Shown: one piece after another, positions 28,691 through 37,961 of the stretch
Layout of the letters: every line of letters starts with the position of its first letter
Numbering within the stretch: the stretch's first letter is position 1
Source: a virus
Taxonomy: Duplodnaviria > Heunggongvirae > Uroviricota > Caudoviricetes
Virus record (IMG/VR): IMGVR_UViG_3300026302_000005
Location: 96,001 to 160,000 of that record
Length of the DNA stretch: 64,000 bases
Strand: one strand, 5' to 3'
The notes under the pieces: model-generated
What the model was told of the DNA's origin: nothing
Databases searched by the model: none
What the model saw: the letters and a program-made list of their open reading frames with translations, nothing else
Program-made: the position numbers and the translations under genes

Positions 28691-29262
28691 TGCTAGTGTT
28701 GTTGGCGACAGGTGAAACACAGGCGGATGTGGATCGGGTGTATCTGGGTCAGAACGATTCTCCCATGACCACACTGGGTATCGAACAGGTGGAGGATGCC
28801 GCTGATACGCTGGCACCCTACAAGATCGATCATATCTATTGCAGTGATCTCTATCGAGCCCAGGAGACGCTTCGTAGGGTGCTTCGGAAGAACCACCATC
28901 AGCCACCGCATGAACTGGTAGAAGAACTCCGAGAGCGTTCTGGTGGGGCCTACGAGGGCCTTACCTATACGGATATCCGAAAGGGTATGAGCCCGAAGCA
29001 GTATAAGGCGTGGGAACGTGATCCATTCGAAGCCCCTCTGCACGGGGAATCACTGATCGATGTGCAGGATCGGATGACCGAGTGGTTTGCCATTGTCCAG
29101 CAGGATATAGAGCATCGACTGGATGTTTTGATCATCTCTCATCCGGATGTGATTCGAGTGCTGATAGCCATGGCTATGAATCTGGACTTGACCGAAGTAA
29201 CCTCAATTGTGGTTGAACCCGGAATTCCATATTTTTACCATGGCCCTGTGCAAAACAAGTGA
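28690..29262 (+). CDS. Histidine phosphatase/phosphoglycerate mutase-fold protein lacking the RHG motif
   Basis: IYCSDLYRAQET, LRER..G..EGL, GES..DV..R, IISH. The N-terminus reads LLATGET in place of LxRHGET. Confidence 0.85.
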   Translation: MLVLLATGETQADVDRVYLGQNDSPMTTLGIEQVEDAADTLAPYKIDHIYCSDLYRAQETLRRVLRKNHHQPPHELVEELRERSGGAYEGLTYTDIRKGMSPKQYKAWERDPFEAPLHGESLIDVQDRMTEWFAIVQQDIEHRLDVLIISHPDVIRVLIAMAMNLDLTEVTSIVVEPGIPYFYHGPVQNK

Positions 29263-29332
29263 CCCATGGTCCTAAATACCATGACATATCGGGTTGGGAA
29301 CAACGAACCCCACCAATCGTAAGGATAGAGAC

Positions 29333-30088
29333 ATGAGCGTTAATTCTTTGGCCAACTTCGGGGTTCCCGGTCTCAATGGTGACCGGTCGGCGGTTCTTCA
29401 ACCCATTCTGACCACACACTGGCGGCTCCAGACCTTCAACTTCGGTGCATCGTCTGAACCGGCACCGTATGATCTGACTCGTCAGGCCAAGAAGGTAACC
29501 CTGCCGAACGTCACGTTCGAACAGGCCACCCTCTACAGCTACGTCAGCGCCGTCTACATCATGACCCGTGGTGAATGGGGTGAGGGGTCGATGACCTTCG
29601 TCGATGACATCACCAACAGCGTCCGTCGGCGTGTTGAAAACCAGATCGCCAAGCAAAAGAACTTCTTCGATCAGACCATGAGCCGTGCCGGTGAAAACTA
29701 CAAGTTCGAGATGGACGTGGACATCCTGGCCGGTGGTGCTACCGCTGGTGGATCGGCTGCTGACCCGAACATCATCCGCAAGTATTGCTACGCTGGTTGC
29801 CACCTGGTTGGCACCGAAGATGGTGAGATGACCTACGAAAGCGCAAACCCGAAAGAGATCACCGTCAAGTTCCGCTACGACAACTGCATCACATTCGACC
29901 AAAACGGTGCCCGTATGGGGACGTTCTCCCATACCGAAGAAATCCAATCGCAGGCTGGTTCGCTCTCGACCGGTGCTGGTGCTCCTGGTGGTCTCGGCAT
30001 CTCGATCACCGGAAACTCCATCACGGTGACCTCATCTGGTGCCAGCCTGGGCGGGGCTACTCTGAACGGTGGCATCAGCTTCGGCTAA
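29333..30088 (+). CDS. Tail tube protein (gp19-like)
   Basis: LQP.L...WR, LTRQ...VTLPNVTFE, W....TF.DD, I.V.FRYDN; Gly/Ser-rich C-terminal tail. Confidence 0.88.
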   Translation: MSVNSLANFGVPGLNGDRSAVLQPILTTHWRLQTFNFGASSEPAPYDLTRQAKKVTLPNVTFEQATLYSYVSAVYIMTRGEWGEGSMTFVDDITNSVRRRVENQIAKQKNFFDQTMSRAGENYKFEMDVDILAGGATAGGSAADPNIIRKYCYAGCHLVGTEDGEMTYESANPKEITVKFRYDNCITFDQNGARMGTFSHTEEIQSQAGSLSTGAGAPGGLGISITGNSITVTSSGASLGGATLNGGISFG

Positions 30089-30106
30089 TCTTCCACGACA
30101 TTCAAC

Positions 30107-30140
30107 AAAAAGGCCCGGATCGCTCCGGGCCTTTTTGTTT
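30107..30140. terminator. Bidirectional intrinsic terminator
   Basis: AAAAAGGCCCGGATCGCTCCGGGCCTTTTT. Confidence 0.85.
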
Positions 30141-30141
30141 G

Positions 30142-30579
30142 TCAGGCATCCACGCCCAGACCGGAAAGCTCACGGAGAACTCGCAGCGTGTTGGGGGGCA
30201 ACGGGGTCCAACCCATGCGATTGCAGAACCATGCTTCGTTCGTTGCCTGGTTCACCAGGATGTCACCGACGCTGACCGATTTCATCGGCACCACGCCGAC
30301 CTTTTCGATCTGGCTGTTGGGACGATGATTGCCGATGGACCAGACCCCTTCCAGGCCGTTCGCCGTGATGAAGGCAACATGGTTGAACAGGAAATAGCTG
30401 ATCGCACGGTTGACCATCTTCTCCACGGCCACAACGGGATCGTCGCCATCACGGAACGTGCCGGTCGTGACATCGGCGTATGCCGCGAATTCCGGCTTGG
30501 CACTCCAGCTACCGGCAGCGTTCAATTCCGCGACTTGGGCATCGGTCAGGGTCGGCTGGTAGACGGCAAACTTGATCAT
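30142..30579 (-). CDS. Hypothetical early protein (S.SVGDI motif, YodL-like)
   Basis: GGGAG RBS, own promoter; MKSVSVGDILV...W.C...GW. Confidence 0.65.
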   Translation of the reverse strand: MIKFAVYQPTLTDAQVAELNAAGSWSAKPEFAAYADVTTGTFRDGDDPVVAVEKMVNRAISYFLFNHVAFITANGLEGVWSIGNHRPNSQIEKVGVVPMKSVSVGDILVNQATNEAWFCNRMGWTPLPPNTLRVLRELSGLGVDA

Positions 30580-30605
30580 GGCTGGCTCCCGTTGCTGTTG
30601 AACCC

Positions 30606-30637
30606 TGTATAGCAGGATCGAGATGATTCGTCAAGAA
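30606..30637 (-). promoter_or_regulatory. sigma70-type early promoter (copy 2)
   Basis: Minus strand TTCTTGACGAATCATCTCGATCCTGCTATACA. Confidence 0.78.
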
Positions 30638-30646
30638 AATTCGAGA

Positions 30647-30871
30647 TCATCTCGGGAGTTCTGATACTGTCATCCAGTGTGAAAATGGTCCTATCACACA
30701 TCTTTGGTTTGGACATGTCCAATAACCACCCTCCGGATTGTATTTTGAGGGGCTGGTTGTTACCCATTTGGTGGTTCTGACCAGTGTAGCACCATCGATG
30801 TTGACACCGCCTACTATGAGGCTTCCATCCCTGGGCGCAGTGGCGATATCAAGCCACGTGTGATCGATCAT
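30647..30871 (-). CDS. DUF551-like phage protein
   Basis: W.DIATAPRDG...SHWM. Confidence 0.7.
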   Translation of the reverse strand: MIDHTWLDIATAPRDGSLIVGGVNIDGATLVRTTKWVTTSPSKYNPEGGYWTCPNQRCVIGPFSHWMTVSELPR

Positions 30872-30883
30872 GACTTGCTCCGA

Positions 30884-31288
30884 TCAGGTGCCCCAGGTGA
30901 TTTCCACCACGCCTTTTTTCTCCGACACCTGCTCGATGTAGAAGAACCGCCCACTGGAATCTTGGGCATCCATGTGGTGGTGATACTGCGACAGCAGAAC
31001 ATGCAGCACGTGCTTGACTGTCGATGCTTTCGGGATGGTGATCTGGTAGTCGGTGGGTGCAGTAAGACAGACGTGGTGGAACCCCCAGAGGTGGTTGATT
31101 CGCACGGTCGTGCCTTCCGTCAGGATGAAGTCCGGACCCATATGGAACTCGTCGTAGGTGGCAATATCGGCATCCGGGTCATCGGTGCAGAACTTCCAGT
31201 GCTGATTGTCCAAGACATTCTCGACATCCAGGAGGGAAATCGGGAGAGTGGGATCGATCACGACAACAGTGTTCTTCGACATCTTCAT
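30884..31288 (-). CDS. Hypothetical early protein
   Basis: AAGGAG RBS after promoter copy 3. Confidence 0.65.
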   Translation of the reverse strand: MKMSKNTVVVIDPTLPISLLDVENVLDNQHWKFCTDDPDADIATYDEFHMGPDFILTEGTTVRINHLWGFHHVCLTAPTDYQITIPKASTVKHVLHVLLSQYHHHMDAQDSSGRFFYIEQVSEKKGVVEITWGT

Positions 31289-31308
31289 CTCCTTGCTGCG
31301 TTGAACGT

Positions 31309-31340
31309 TGTATAGCAGGAGATGGATGATTCGTCAAGAA
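31309..31340 (-). promoter_or_regulatory. sigma70-type early promoter (copy 3)
   Basis: Minus strand TTCTTGACGAATCATCCATCTCCTGCTATACA. Confidence 0.78.
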
Positions 31341-31343
31341 CTT

Positions 31344-31571
31344 TTACATCTCTGCGAGACGTTTGGCCTGTTTCTTCTTGGCCCGGTAGACGGACTCACG
31401 ACGCTTACGGCGTTTGATATCAGACGGCTTCTCGAAATATCGCCGATCAATGAGTTCTTGAACAACCCCCTCGTCGTGGAGCTTCTTCTTCAATTTGCGA
31501 TAGGCTTTCATGACGTTGTTGTCACGAACCACAACTTGCATGTCTGATGGTCCTTTTGGCTGGATGCTCAT
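31344..31571 (-). CDS. rpsU: Ribosomal protein bS21
   Basis: MQVVVRDNNVMKAYRKLKKKL..EG...EL..RRYFEKPS..KRRK. Confidence 0.93.
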   Translation of the reverse strand: MSIQPKGPSDMQVVVRDNNVMKAYRKLKKKLHDEGVVQELIDRRYFEKPSDIKRRKRRESVYRAKKKQAKRLAEM

Positions 31572-31671
31572 ATATTTAGTCTAGTCAACCATAACGACAC
31601 TAGAACCGCGTGTTTCATTGAGCAACCCCCAGTTTTTAGGCTAAATACTTGGTATTGGACGGGACAACACC

Positions 31672-32721
31672 ATGGCAGTTAATGACGGAACCCTACAGGG
31701 CTGGCCTTTTGTGAACTTCGGAATGGAAACCCGGGGAACGCAAACTGTTGCGGGTCCGGGACGAACCTCTATAGTCTATCCCCGTAGAAAGTTCACCTAC
31801 CTGGTCGAGTTCTACATCAACCAGAACGTATTCACTTCCGGGCGACTTCAAACCGACATCAGTCAGCATATCCAAAATGGACGACTACTGGCAACACTCA
31901 AAAGCATCGATCATCCGAAAACCACTTTCAAGGTTGAAAAGCTTCGATCCTACAACAAGCATGTGCTTCTGCACACTGGCACGGAATATCAGCCTGCGAC
32001 TATGGCGTTCCACGACGACAACACCTCTGTGGCCTCGGCCCTGTGGCGTGAATATCGGGCCTACTATCAGGGCGAGGGAACGATTGGCCAGACCGCCGTC
32101 AGAACTGGTAACGTAAACAACCTGAACTGGTCGGAATTCCGTTCTGGCAATACGTTGGTTGGTGGGGCTGTTCGAACAGAAATGGAAACCCGCCCCAGTC
32201 TGGGTGCCACCATCAAGGCCAACACCGGTCGGCACTTCTTCGATGCGATTCGCATTTATGATCTGGGGTCTGATCCGGATAGCGTCAACGTCTATACATT
32301 TCTGTATCCGGTATTGACCAGCTTCGATCATGACAACCTTGATTATGAGGATCGCAACGCCAATATGGGGTTGACGATGACTTTCGACTATGAGGCCCAC
32401 TATCACCTGGTCGGTCTCAACAATGCACCATTCCACGATATCATCGAACAACAGTTGGGCTTCCGACCACTAACGGTTGCCGCAGGGGTTCCCGGACACG
32501 CTCGTATGCGGGGTGCATCCCCAACCCCGACGGTATCGGAGTTCTCTACGGATGACACGTTTACCCCTGGTATTGGTCCTGGCGTCATCTTTGAGCCTGA
32601 TGCCACGCCGATTCCACCACTGGACCCCATTACGGTGACACCGCTACCACCACTCGGGGCTGGTCAAATGTCAACACAAGAAATTCTCGATCTGATAACA
32701 CGGACGGCAGCACTGGCATAA
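31672..32721 (+). CDS. Tube-fold baseplate/tail tube initiator protein (gp48/gp54-like)
   Basis: PRRKFTYLVEF, KSIDHPK..F, YNK......EYQP..M.FHDDN, FDHD.LDY, MTFDYE. Confidence 0.75.
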   Translation: MAVNDGTLQGWPFVNFGMETRGTQTVAGPGRTSIVYPRRKFTYLVEFYINQNVFTSGRLQTDISQHIQNGRLLATLKSIDHPKTTFKVEKLRSYNKHVLLHTGTEYQPATMAFHDDNTSVASALWREYRAYYQGEGTIGQTAVRTGNVNNLNWSEFRSGNTLVGGAVRTEMETRPSLGATIKANTGRHFFDAIRIYDLGSDPDSVNVYTFLYPVLTSFDHDNLDYEDRNANMGLTMTFDYEAHYHLVGLNNAPFHDIIEQQLGFRPLTVAAGVPGHARMRGASPTPTVSEFSTDDTFTPGIGPGVIFEPDATPIPPLDPITVTPLPPLGAGQMSTQEILDLITRTAALA

Positions 32722-33347
32722 TGGCAAAGTATCGGCTCTATCAGTTCAACCCGATCAACCCGGATAAATTCCGGGGTGAAACGCTTCCGATTATCATGCG
32801 GTCATCGTGGGAAATAGAATTCGCCAAGACGTGTGATCTGCTACCAACAGTCGTGTCGTGGAACTATGAAGCTGTGCAGATACCATACCGTGATCCTATC
32901 ACAGGAAAGCAGAAGATTTACATCCCTGACTTTTTTGTAGAGCGGGCAGAGGCCGGTGGGTTTACGAGGCACTTCGTGTATGAGATCAAACCCATGCACG
33001 AGCAGAAAGACGAATTCGCCCGAAATAGTGCTGACTCCATGCTGGTAGCACGAAACCATGCCAAATGGGGAGCGGTAATCCAATGGTGTGACCGACATTC
33101 GGCTGAATTCGTGATTCTCAACGAATCCGATCTGTTCTCCGGTCATGAAAATCGACAGCATACGAAGTTTTCGGCCAGTGGTATGTCCCATACCAACTCG
33201 ATCAAAAAGGCCAAAGCCGCCGTATATAAGCCTAAGAAGGCCACCGCAGTAACAACAGCCAAGACTGCGATATCCAGGATGAAGACCCGTATCGAAAATT
33301 CTCGGGCCACCAAGGTATCAACGGTGCGAAAGGTGAAGAAGATATGA
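32721..33347 (+). CDS. Head completion nuclease (T4 gp4-like, TnsA fold)
   Basis: P.NP.K..G...I..RSSWE, W..E...IPY, YIPDFFV, EIKP, N.AKW. Confidence 0.9.
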   Translation: MAKYRLYQFNPINPDKFRGETLPIIMRSSWEIEFAKTCDLLPTVVSWNYEAVQIPYRDPITGKQKIYIPDFFVERAEAGGFTRHFVYEIKPMHEQKDEFARNSADSMLVARNHAKWGAVIQWCDRHSAEFVILNESDLFSGHENRQHTKFSASGMSHTNSIKKAKAAVYKPKKATAVTTAKTAISRMKTRIENSRATKVSTVRKVKKI

Positions 33348-33841
33348 TCAGCCCGGTAAACAGAAAGATCGCAGGCATCCTTGGTGCAGATGTTCCCCCA
33401 GATGATCTCCCCAGTGTGGAGGTCGTTGTAATCGAACCCCATGAGTTGGTTGGGACGAGTAATCCCGATCTCCCACCACTGCACGACATTCACCGAAAAC
33501 AGCTTCAAGCAGACAAACAGCTTGAAGAAATCATCAACGCCTCACTGGGATATCAGAAAACTCTGTTTGACACAGTAGACTCGGTTGAACCAAAATACCG
33601 ATCCCGGTTGGTTGAGGTGGCGAACGGCACTATGGGGCTGGCCCTGGAAGCGATCAAGACCAAGTATAAGGCCCAGGAACTCCGCTTCAAACAACGCCTA
33701 TCCGAGGCTGGGTTCAAGACTCCCGGTGGGGCTTCTGATGATGCGCCCAACACGGTCAACAACTTCTTCTACGGATCACGGGAAGAACTGATCAGTGCTA
33801 TGCGAGTCATGAACGAAGAACCGGAAGAGCCCAAGTCGTGA
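33344..33841 (+). CDS. Terminase small subunit (gp16-like)
   Basis: VEPKYRSRLVEVA, TVNNFFYGSREELI; lies upstream of the large subunit. Confidence 0.75.
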   Translation: MISPVNRKIAGILGADVPPDDLPSVEVVVIEPHELVGTSNPDLPPLHDIHRKQLQADKQLEEIINASLGYQKTLFDTVDSVEPKYRSRLVEVANGTMGLALEAIKTKYKAQELRFKQRLSEAGFKTPGGASDDAPNTVNNFFYGSREELISAMRVMNEEPEEPKS

Positions 33842-33893
33842 TCGGCAGGCCGGTGGCCCGAAACGAGTAAATATTGTCGAGAGGACAACAACC

Positions 33894-34832
33894 ATGAAAC
33901 CATTCCACGTATTACTTGCCGAGCAAGACAGCGACTTCGAGTATAAGCTTTGCTCGATTGAGAATATCCATGATACCTATGTGTTGGATCGTATCCGACT
34001 GGCCCTGGGGCGGTATGGTCTCATTCGTCTCGAACCCATGGGTGTCAGTATGAAGATGTCGTCTTCGTCGAAGTCGATGTTCCCACTGTTCCCGTTGGCA
34101 CCCGTATACATGATCAAGGTGATCATGGCCAATCCTCTGACATCCCGCAATGCCATTCAGAGCATCGCTGTGTTTTCCAACGTCGATCAGAAGTTGCTGC
34201 GGTTCTTTGACATGGATGACAAGCTTGTCATGGATGGTGCTGAAACCGAACAGCATGCACACCCAGTCGAAGTCGATTCCGCATTTGCTCAATCCGAGGT
34301 CGGAGATGCTCGGGCCAAATCGCTGGTATCCGACATGATGAAGCAGCTTTCGTCCAAGAACAGCGGCGTGGTTGAAGTTCCCGTCTATGAGACCCGCATG
34401 GTAACTCATCACGAGGTCAGAACCATGTTGGGGCAGCGGGTGAGCCGTGGGTTTTACCTGGTTGAACGAGATGATCGCGGGCGTGGGAAGATCACCGGGC
34501 CGTTTGCCAAATCAGCCGACAACCTGATGTTCATGGAGAATGTTGCTCCGGTCACCCTAGTGGAAACCCGCCAGGTCGGCACCATGATGGAGTTCTCAGT
34601 CTCGCATTTCCCACCCGATGCTCAGAAGGACCCACAAGATGCTGGTCGTCGCGTTGAGCACCAGCCGATGGAAGTTACGCTGATCGATCAGGACACCGGT
34701 AAGGAATACACAGTGGTGGTTCGTGCCTCTTCTGAGGAGACTGCCCGGGCCAGTGCGGTGGAGATTTTGTCCGCGAAAACCGGGATTAACAAGGAGCGGC
34801 TGTTACCAAAAGCTCCCAACCCTATGGAATAA
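33894..34832 (+). CDS. Probable internal head/core protein with T4-like capsid-targeting leader
   Basis: Starts MKPFHVLLAE (compare T4 IP leader MKT(Y/F)..F..E); TAAATA at 33868. Confidence 0.55.
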   Translation: MKPFHVLLAEQDSDFEYKLCSIENIHDTYVLDRIRLALGRYGLIRLEPMGVSMKMSSSSKSMFPLFPLAPVYMIKVIMANPLTSRNAIQSIAVFSNVDQKLLRFFDMDDKLVMDGAETEQHAHPVEVDSAFAQSEVGDARAKSLVSDMMKQLSSKNSGVVEVPVYETRMVTHHEVRTMLGQRVSRGFYLVERDDRGRGKITGPFAKSADNLMFMENVAPVTLVETRQVGTMMEFSVSHFPPDAQKDPQDAGRRVEHQPMEVTLIDQDTGKEYTVVVRASSEETARASAVEILSAKTGINKERLLPKAPNPME

Positions 34833-34878
34833 CTGGTGGGTGATGGTAAATACTCTGTGTAATACGGAGTAATTGCCC

Positions 34879-36678
34879 ATGGCAACACTGGAAATTGACG
34901 GGGGGAAGGTCAAACCCTCCGGTTACAAACAGGAGTATACTCTGGAACAGGCCAAGGAATTGGCCCGCTGCACAGTAGACCCGGTTTACTTCATTGAAAC
35001 GTATGTGAAGCTCAAGCACCCCAAGCATGGGGCGCTTCCATTCGTCATGTATGAATTCCAGAAACGTTTGATTCAAACATACATGGGTAACCGGAAGAAC
35101 ATCGCCATGCTCTCCCGTCAGTGTGGGAAGACCGCGACTGCCGCTGCCTATTTGCTGTGGTGGTGTATCTTCAAGGACAACCAGTTTGTGCTGGTGGCAT
35201 CGAAGGATCAGGGTGGTGCCGACGAAATCATGGAGCGTCTGTGGTATGCCTATGAAGAACTCCCGTGGTTTCTCAAACCGGGTGTGAAGAAAAACGACGT
35301 CAAGACCAAGATGTTTGACAACGGATCGAAGATCATCACCAAAGCAACCACTCCGACTGCTGGTCGTGGTTTGTCCGTGTCCCTGCTGTATCTGGACGAG
35401 TTTGCATTCGTTCGTTCGAACTGGGCAGAGAAGTTCTGGACATCGATCAGCCCGACCCTGGCCACCGGTGGTAGCTGTATCATCACCAGCACTCCCAGCA
35501 CGGACGAAGACAAGTTCGCCAAAATCTGGTTCAACGCTACACCATCACCACTGTCTGACAAATGGGAAGACAAGCTGGCCAAGCGATACAAAACTGGAAA
35601 TGAAGAAGAGGAAGATGCGTATGAGACCATCTTCGAGACAACCGAGATTGCCGAAAAGATGGAGATGCTATCGGCTCTGATTCTGGATGACGATGAAGAA
35701 GAGGAAGAGGATGGGTTTGTCAGCTTCCACGCCCACTGGACGAGTGTTCCGGACCAACTCGATAAGAACGGCAACATTCTGTCCTATCGTGGCGAGAAGT
35801 TCAAGCGTAGTCAGATCAAGTCTGGTGTTACCAATGACGACTGGATGCGAGAATTCGAATGTTGCTTCATCTCGGGTGAAAACACACTGATCAGCGGTGC
35901 TAAGTTGGCAGTTTTCCGTGCCACGGTTCGTGAGCCACGGTTCGTCGATAAGTGGGGTTGCCGCTGGTATGAACCGATCCAGCCCAGCACTCCCTATGCG
36001 GTCATCCTGGACCCGTCTGGTGATGGCACCAACGGGGACGATGCGGCTATCCAGGTGTGGGAACTGCCTACGATGCGACAGGTTGCTGAATGGAACGATG
36101 CTGAGTCTGACCAGGATGAACAGGCCAGAATGCTCTATCGCGTGTTGAACCGCGTATACAAACTACAGAACAACCATCCTGAGCATGATGGGGTGAACAA
36201 CATCTATTACAGTGTGGAACGAAACGCCATCGGGATCGGGATCATCCGGGCCATCGAACATATCGGTGAGGATAAATTCCCAGGCTGGCTGATCGATTCA
36301 TCTGAGGTATCTCGAACCCCACGTGGTGAGACCATGCGAGCGGCTAACGTGAGTCGTTATCGTGGTCTGTTGACTACCCCATCGACGAAGAAGCGTTACG
36401 CACAGGACCTCAAGCAGTTCATTGAACGAAACCTGTTTACGGTTCGGTCCAAATTCCTCTCATCACAGTTGAAGAACTTCGTCAAGACTGGGCCCGGGTG
36501 GGCTGCGAAGAACGGCAAGGATGACGTGGTTATGTCGTGTGTGCTGATGTGCCATCTGATCGACGAACTCCGGTATCAGGAGCCCGAACTGGATGACTAC
36601 GTTCGTCCGGTCTTCGAGGACTATGACGAGAACGACCCGGATCACCCGGACAACGTTCCCATGATCCCGATGATGTGA
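34879..36678 (+). CDS. Terminase large subunit (gp17-like)
   Basis: Walker A SRQCGKT, GRGLSVSLLYLDEFAFV, ITSTP, REFEC, DPSG.G..GDD, KDDVVMS. Confidence 0.96.
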   Translation: MATLEIDGGKVKPSGYKQEYTLEQAKELARCTVDPVYFIETYVKLKHPKHGALPFVMYEFQKRLIQTYMGNRKNIAMLSRQCGKTATAAAYLLWWCIFKDNQFVLVASKDQGGADEIMERLWYAYEELPWFLKPGVKKNDVKTKMFDNGSKIITKATTPTAGRGLSVSLLYLDEFAFVRSNWAEKFWTSISPTLATGGSCIITSTPSTDEDKFAKIWFNATPSPLSDKWEDKLAKRYKTGNEEEEDAYETIFETTEIAEKMEMLSALILDDDEEEEEDGFVSFHAHWTSVPDQLDKNGNILSYRGEKFKRSQIKSGVTNDDWMREFECCFISGENTLISGAKLAVFRATVREPRFVDKWGCRWYEPIQPSTPYAVILDPSGDGTNGDDAAIQVWELPTMRQVAEWNDAESDQDEQARMLYRVLNRVYKLQNNHPEHDGVNNIYYSVERNAIGIGIIRAIEHIGEDKFPGWLIDSSEVSRTPRGETMRAANVSRYRGLLTTPSTKKRYAQDLKQFIERNLFTVRSKFLSSQLKNFVKTGPGWAAKNGKDDVVMSCVLMCHLIDELRYQEPELDDYVRPVFEDYDENDPDHPDNVPMIPMM

Positions 36679-36864
36679 TCGTTACAGCCCGAGGTGGACC
36701 TGGCAATACTCGACCATCTCTTCGCGATCCGGCACATCAGTAGCATCGAGCGATTCGAATGCATCGGACAACAGATCGACCATGTATCGAACCTGCTCGG
36801 TGTCTTCACAGGTTGCACATGCCTCGACCAGGAATTTCTCAACTTCGGTAGTCAGCGCCATGGG

Positions 36865-37116
36865 TCACTCCAGCGGTGGTAAGGTTTCCAGAAACTCGAA
36901 CAGAGCATCCACCGAAGTGAACGTTCTGACTATGCGTGGGTTGGTCAGCATCGCGTGGATGCAGTTTGCGTTGTATGGGCGAATCACCCCTCGTCCCGGA
37001 AAACGCCCGTTTCCGAGCAGTCGGGTGTTCCATCGTGTTCGACGAGGAACGGGGTCGTGGTATTCGTGTGTCGTGCCCAGCAGTTCTGCGCACCGGTCAT
37101 AAAATTCTTTGTTCAT
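36865..37116 (-). CDS. Hypothetical protein
   Basis: RTRWNTRLLGNGRFPGRG.IR motif seen in small phage proteins; start uncertain. Confidence 0.55.
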   Translation of the reverse strand: MNKEFYDRCAELLGTTHEYHDPVPRRTRWNTRLLGNGRFPGRGVIRPYNANCIHAMLTNPRIVRTFTSVDALFEFLETLPPLE

Positions 37117-37224
37117 GCCATGGACATAGACGATTCTTTTTCGGATGACAAGAAGAAATCTGCAACAGCCCCTTGAACCCACGTTGGGTGTTGCTGATAT
37201 ATCTGGGGAAGAAGAGGATGACCG

Positions 37225-37899
37225 ATGACTGACACCACTCATGCGACCCACCAAGCCTTCGTGGTCGAAACGGACGACACCATCGTGATTGATGGTTTAC
37301 TTGCCGCGTTCACGGATGCAGAGCCCGCATTGACTGAGTCTGATATGCTGGCAGAGTTCGCCCAACCAGTGGTTCCCACCGATATGGACCTGTCTATAGC
37401 AGAATGGAGTGATGCTGTCAATACCGCATCGCATCCCGATGGTGGCATCACCATTCGCATGAGCCTGATGGAGCACTTCGAGGGTCTTGAAATCCCCAAG
37501 TATCAATCCCATCTGGCATCTGGGTTCGACGTTCCGGCAGCTATTTCGGAGCCGATTTCCCTAAATACAATTGGAGCTACAGCGATGATCCCGACCGGTA
37601 TCAAGCTGGAAATTCCACCAGGTTTCGAAGCACAAGTCCGTCCACGGTCTGGCTTGGCAGCGAAGCACGGCATCACCGTGACCAACACTCCGGGAACGAT
37701 TGATGCTGACTATCGGGGCGAGATCAAAGTCTCACTGACGAAGGTGAACATGTCCGGTGGACGGTTCAAAGTCGAACGTGGGATGCGAATTGCTCAGATA
37801 GTGATCTGCCCCGTGGTTCAGCCCAAGCTTGAGGTCGTGAGTGACCTGAGTGAGACTGAACGTGGGGAACGTGGTTTCGGTTCCACCGGAATCAAATAA
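37225..37899 (+). CDS. dut: Trimeric dUTPase with acidic N-terminal extension
   Basis: SGFD, RPRSGLA, NTPGTIDADYRGE, RIAQ, RGERGFGSTG. Confidence 0.95.
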   Translation: MTDTTHATHQAFVVETDDTIVIDGLLAAFTDAEPALTESDMLAEFAQPVVPTDMDLSIAEWSDAVNTASHPDGGITIRMSLMEHFEGLEIPKYQSHLASGFDVPAAISEPISLNTIGATAMIPTGIKLEIPPGFEAQVRPRSGLAAKHGITVTNTPGTIDADYRGEIKVSLTKVNMSGGRFKVERGMRIAQIVICPVVQPKLEVVSDLSETERGERGFGSTGIK

Positions 37900-37961
37900 C
37901 CCGACTACCAAACCACAAATCAAAACCAAAAACAACAAACCAAAACCAGAAAGACAACATC

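Noticed and set aside
30576-30767. 63-aa minus-strand ORF
   Set aside because: It overlaps the better-supported DUF551-like ORF and runs through a promoter.
34879-36678. Intein or intron in the terminase or helicase
   Set aside because: No C/S...HN-C splice motifs or LAGLIDADG blocks, and the lengths are near normal.
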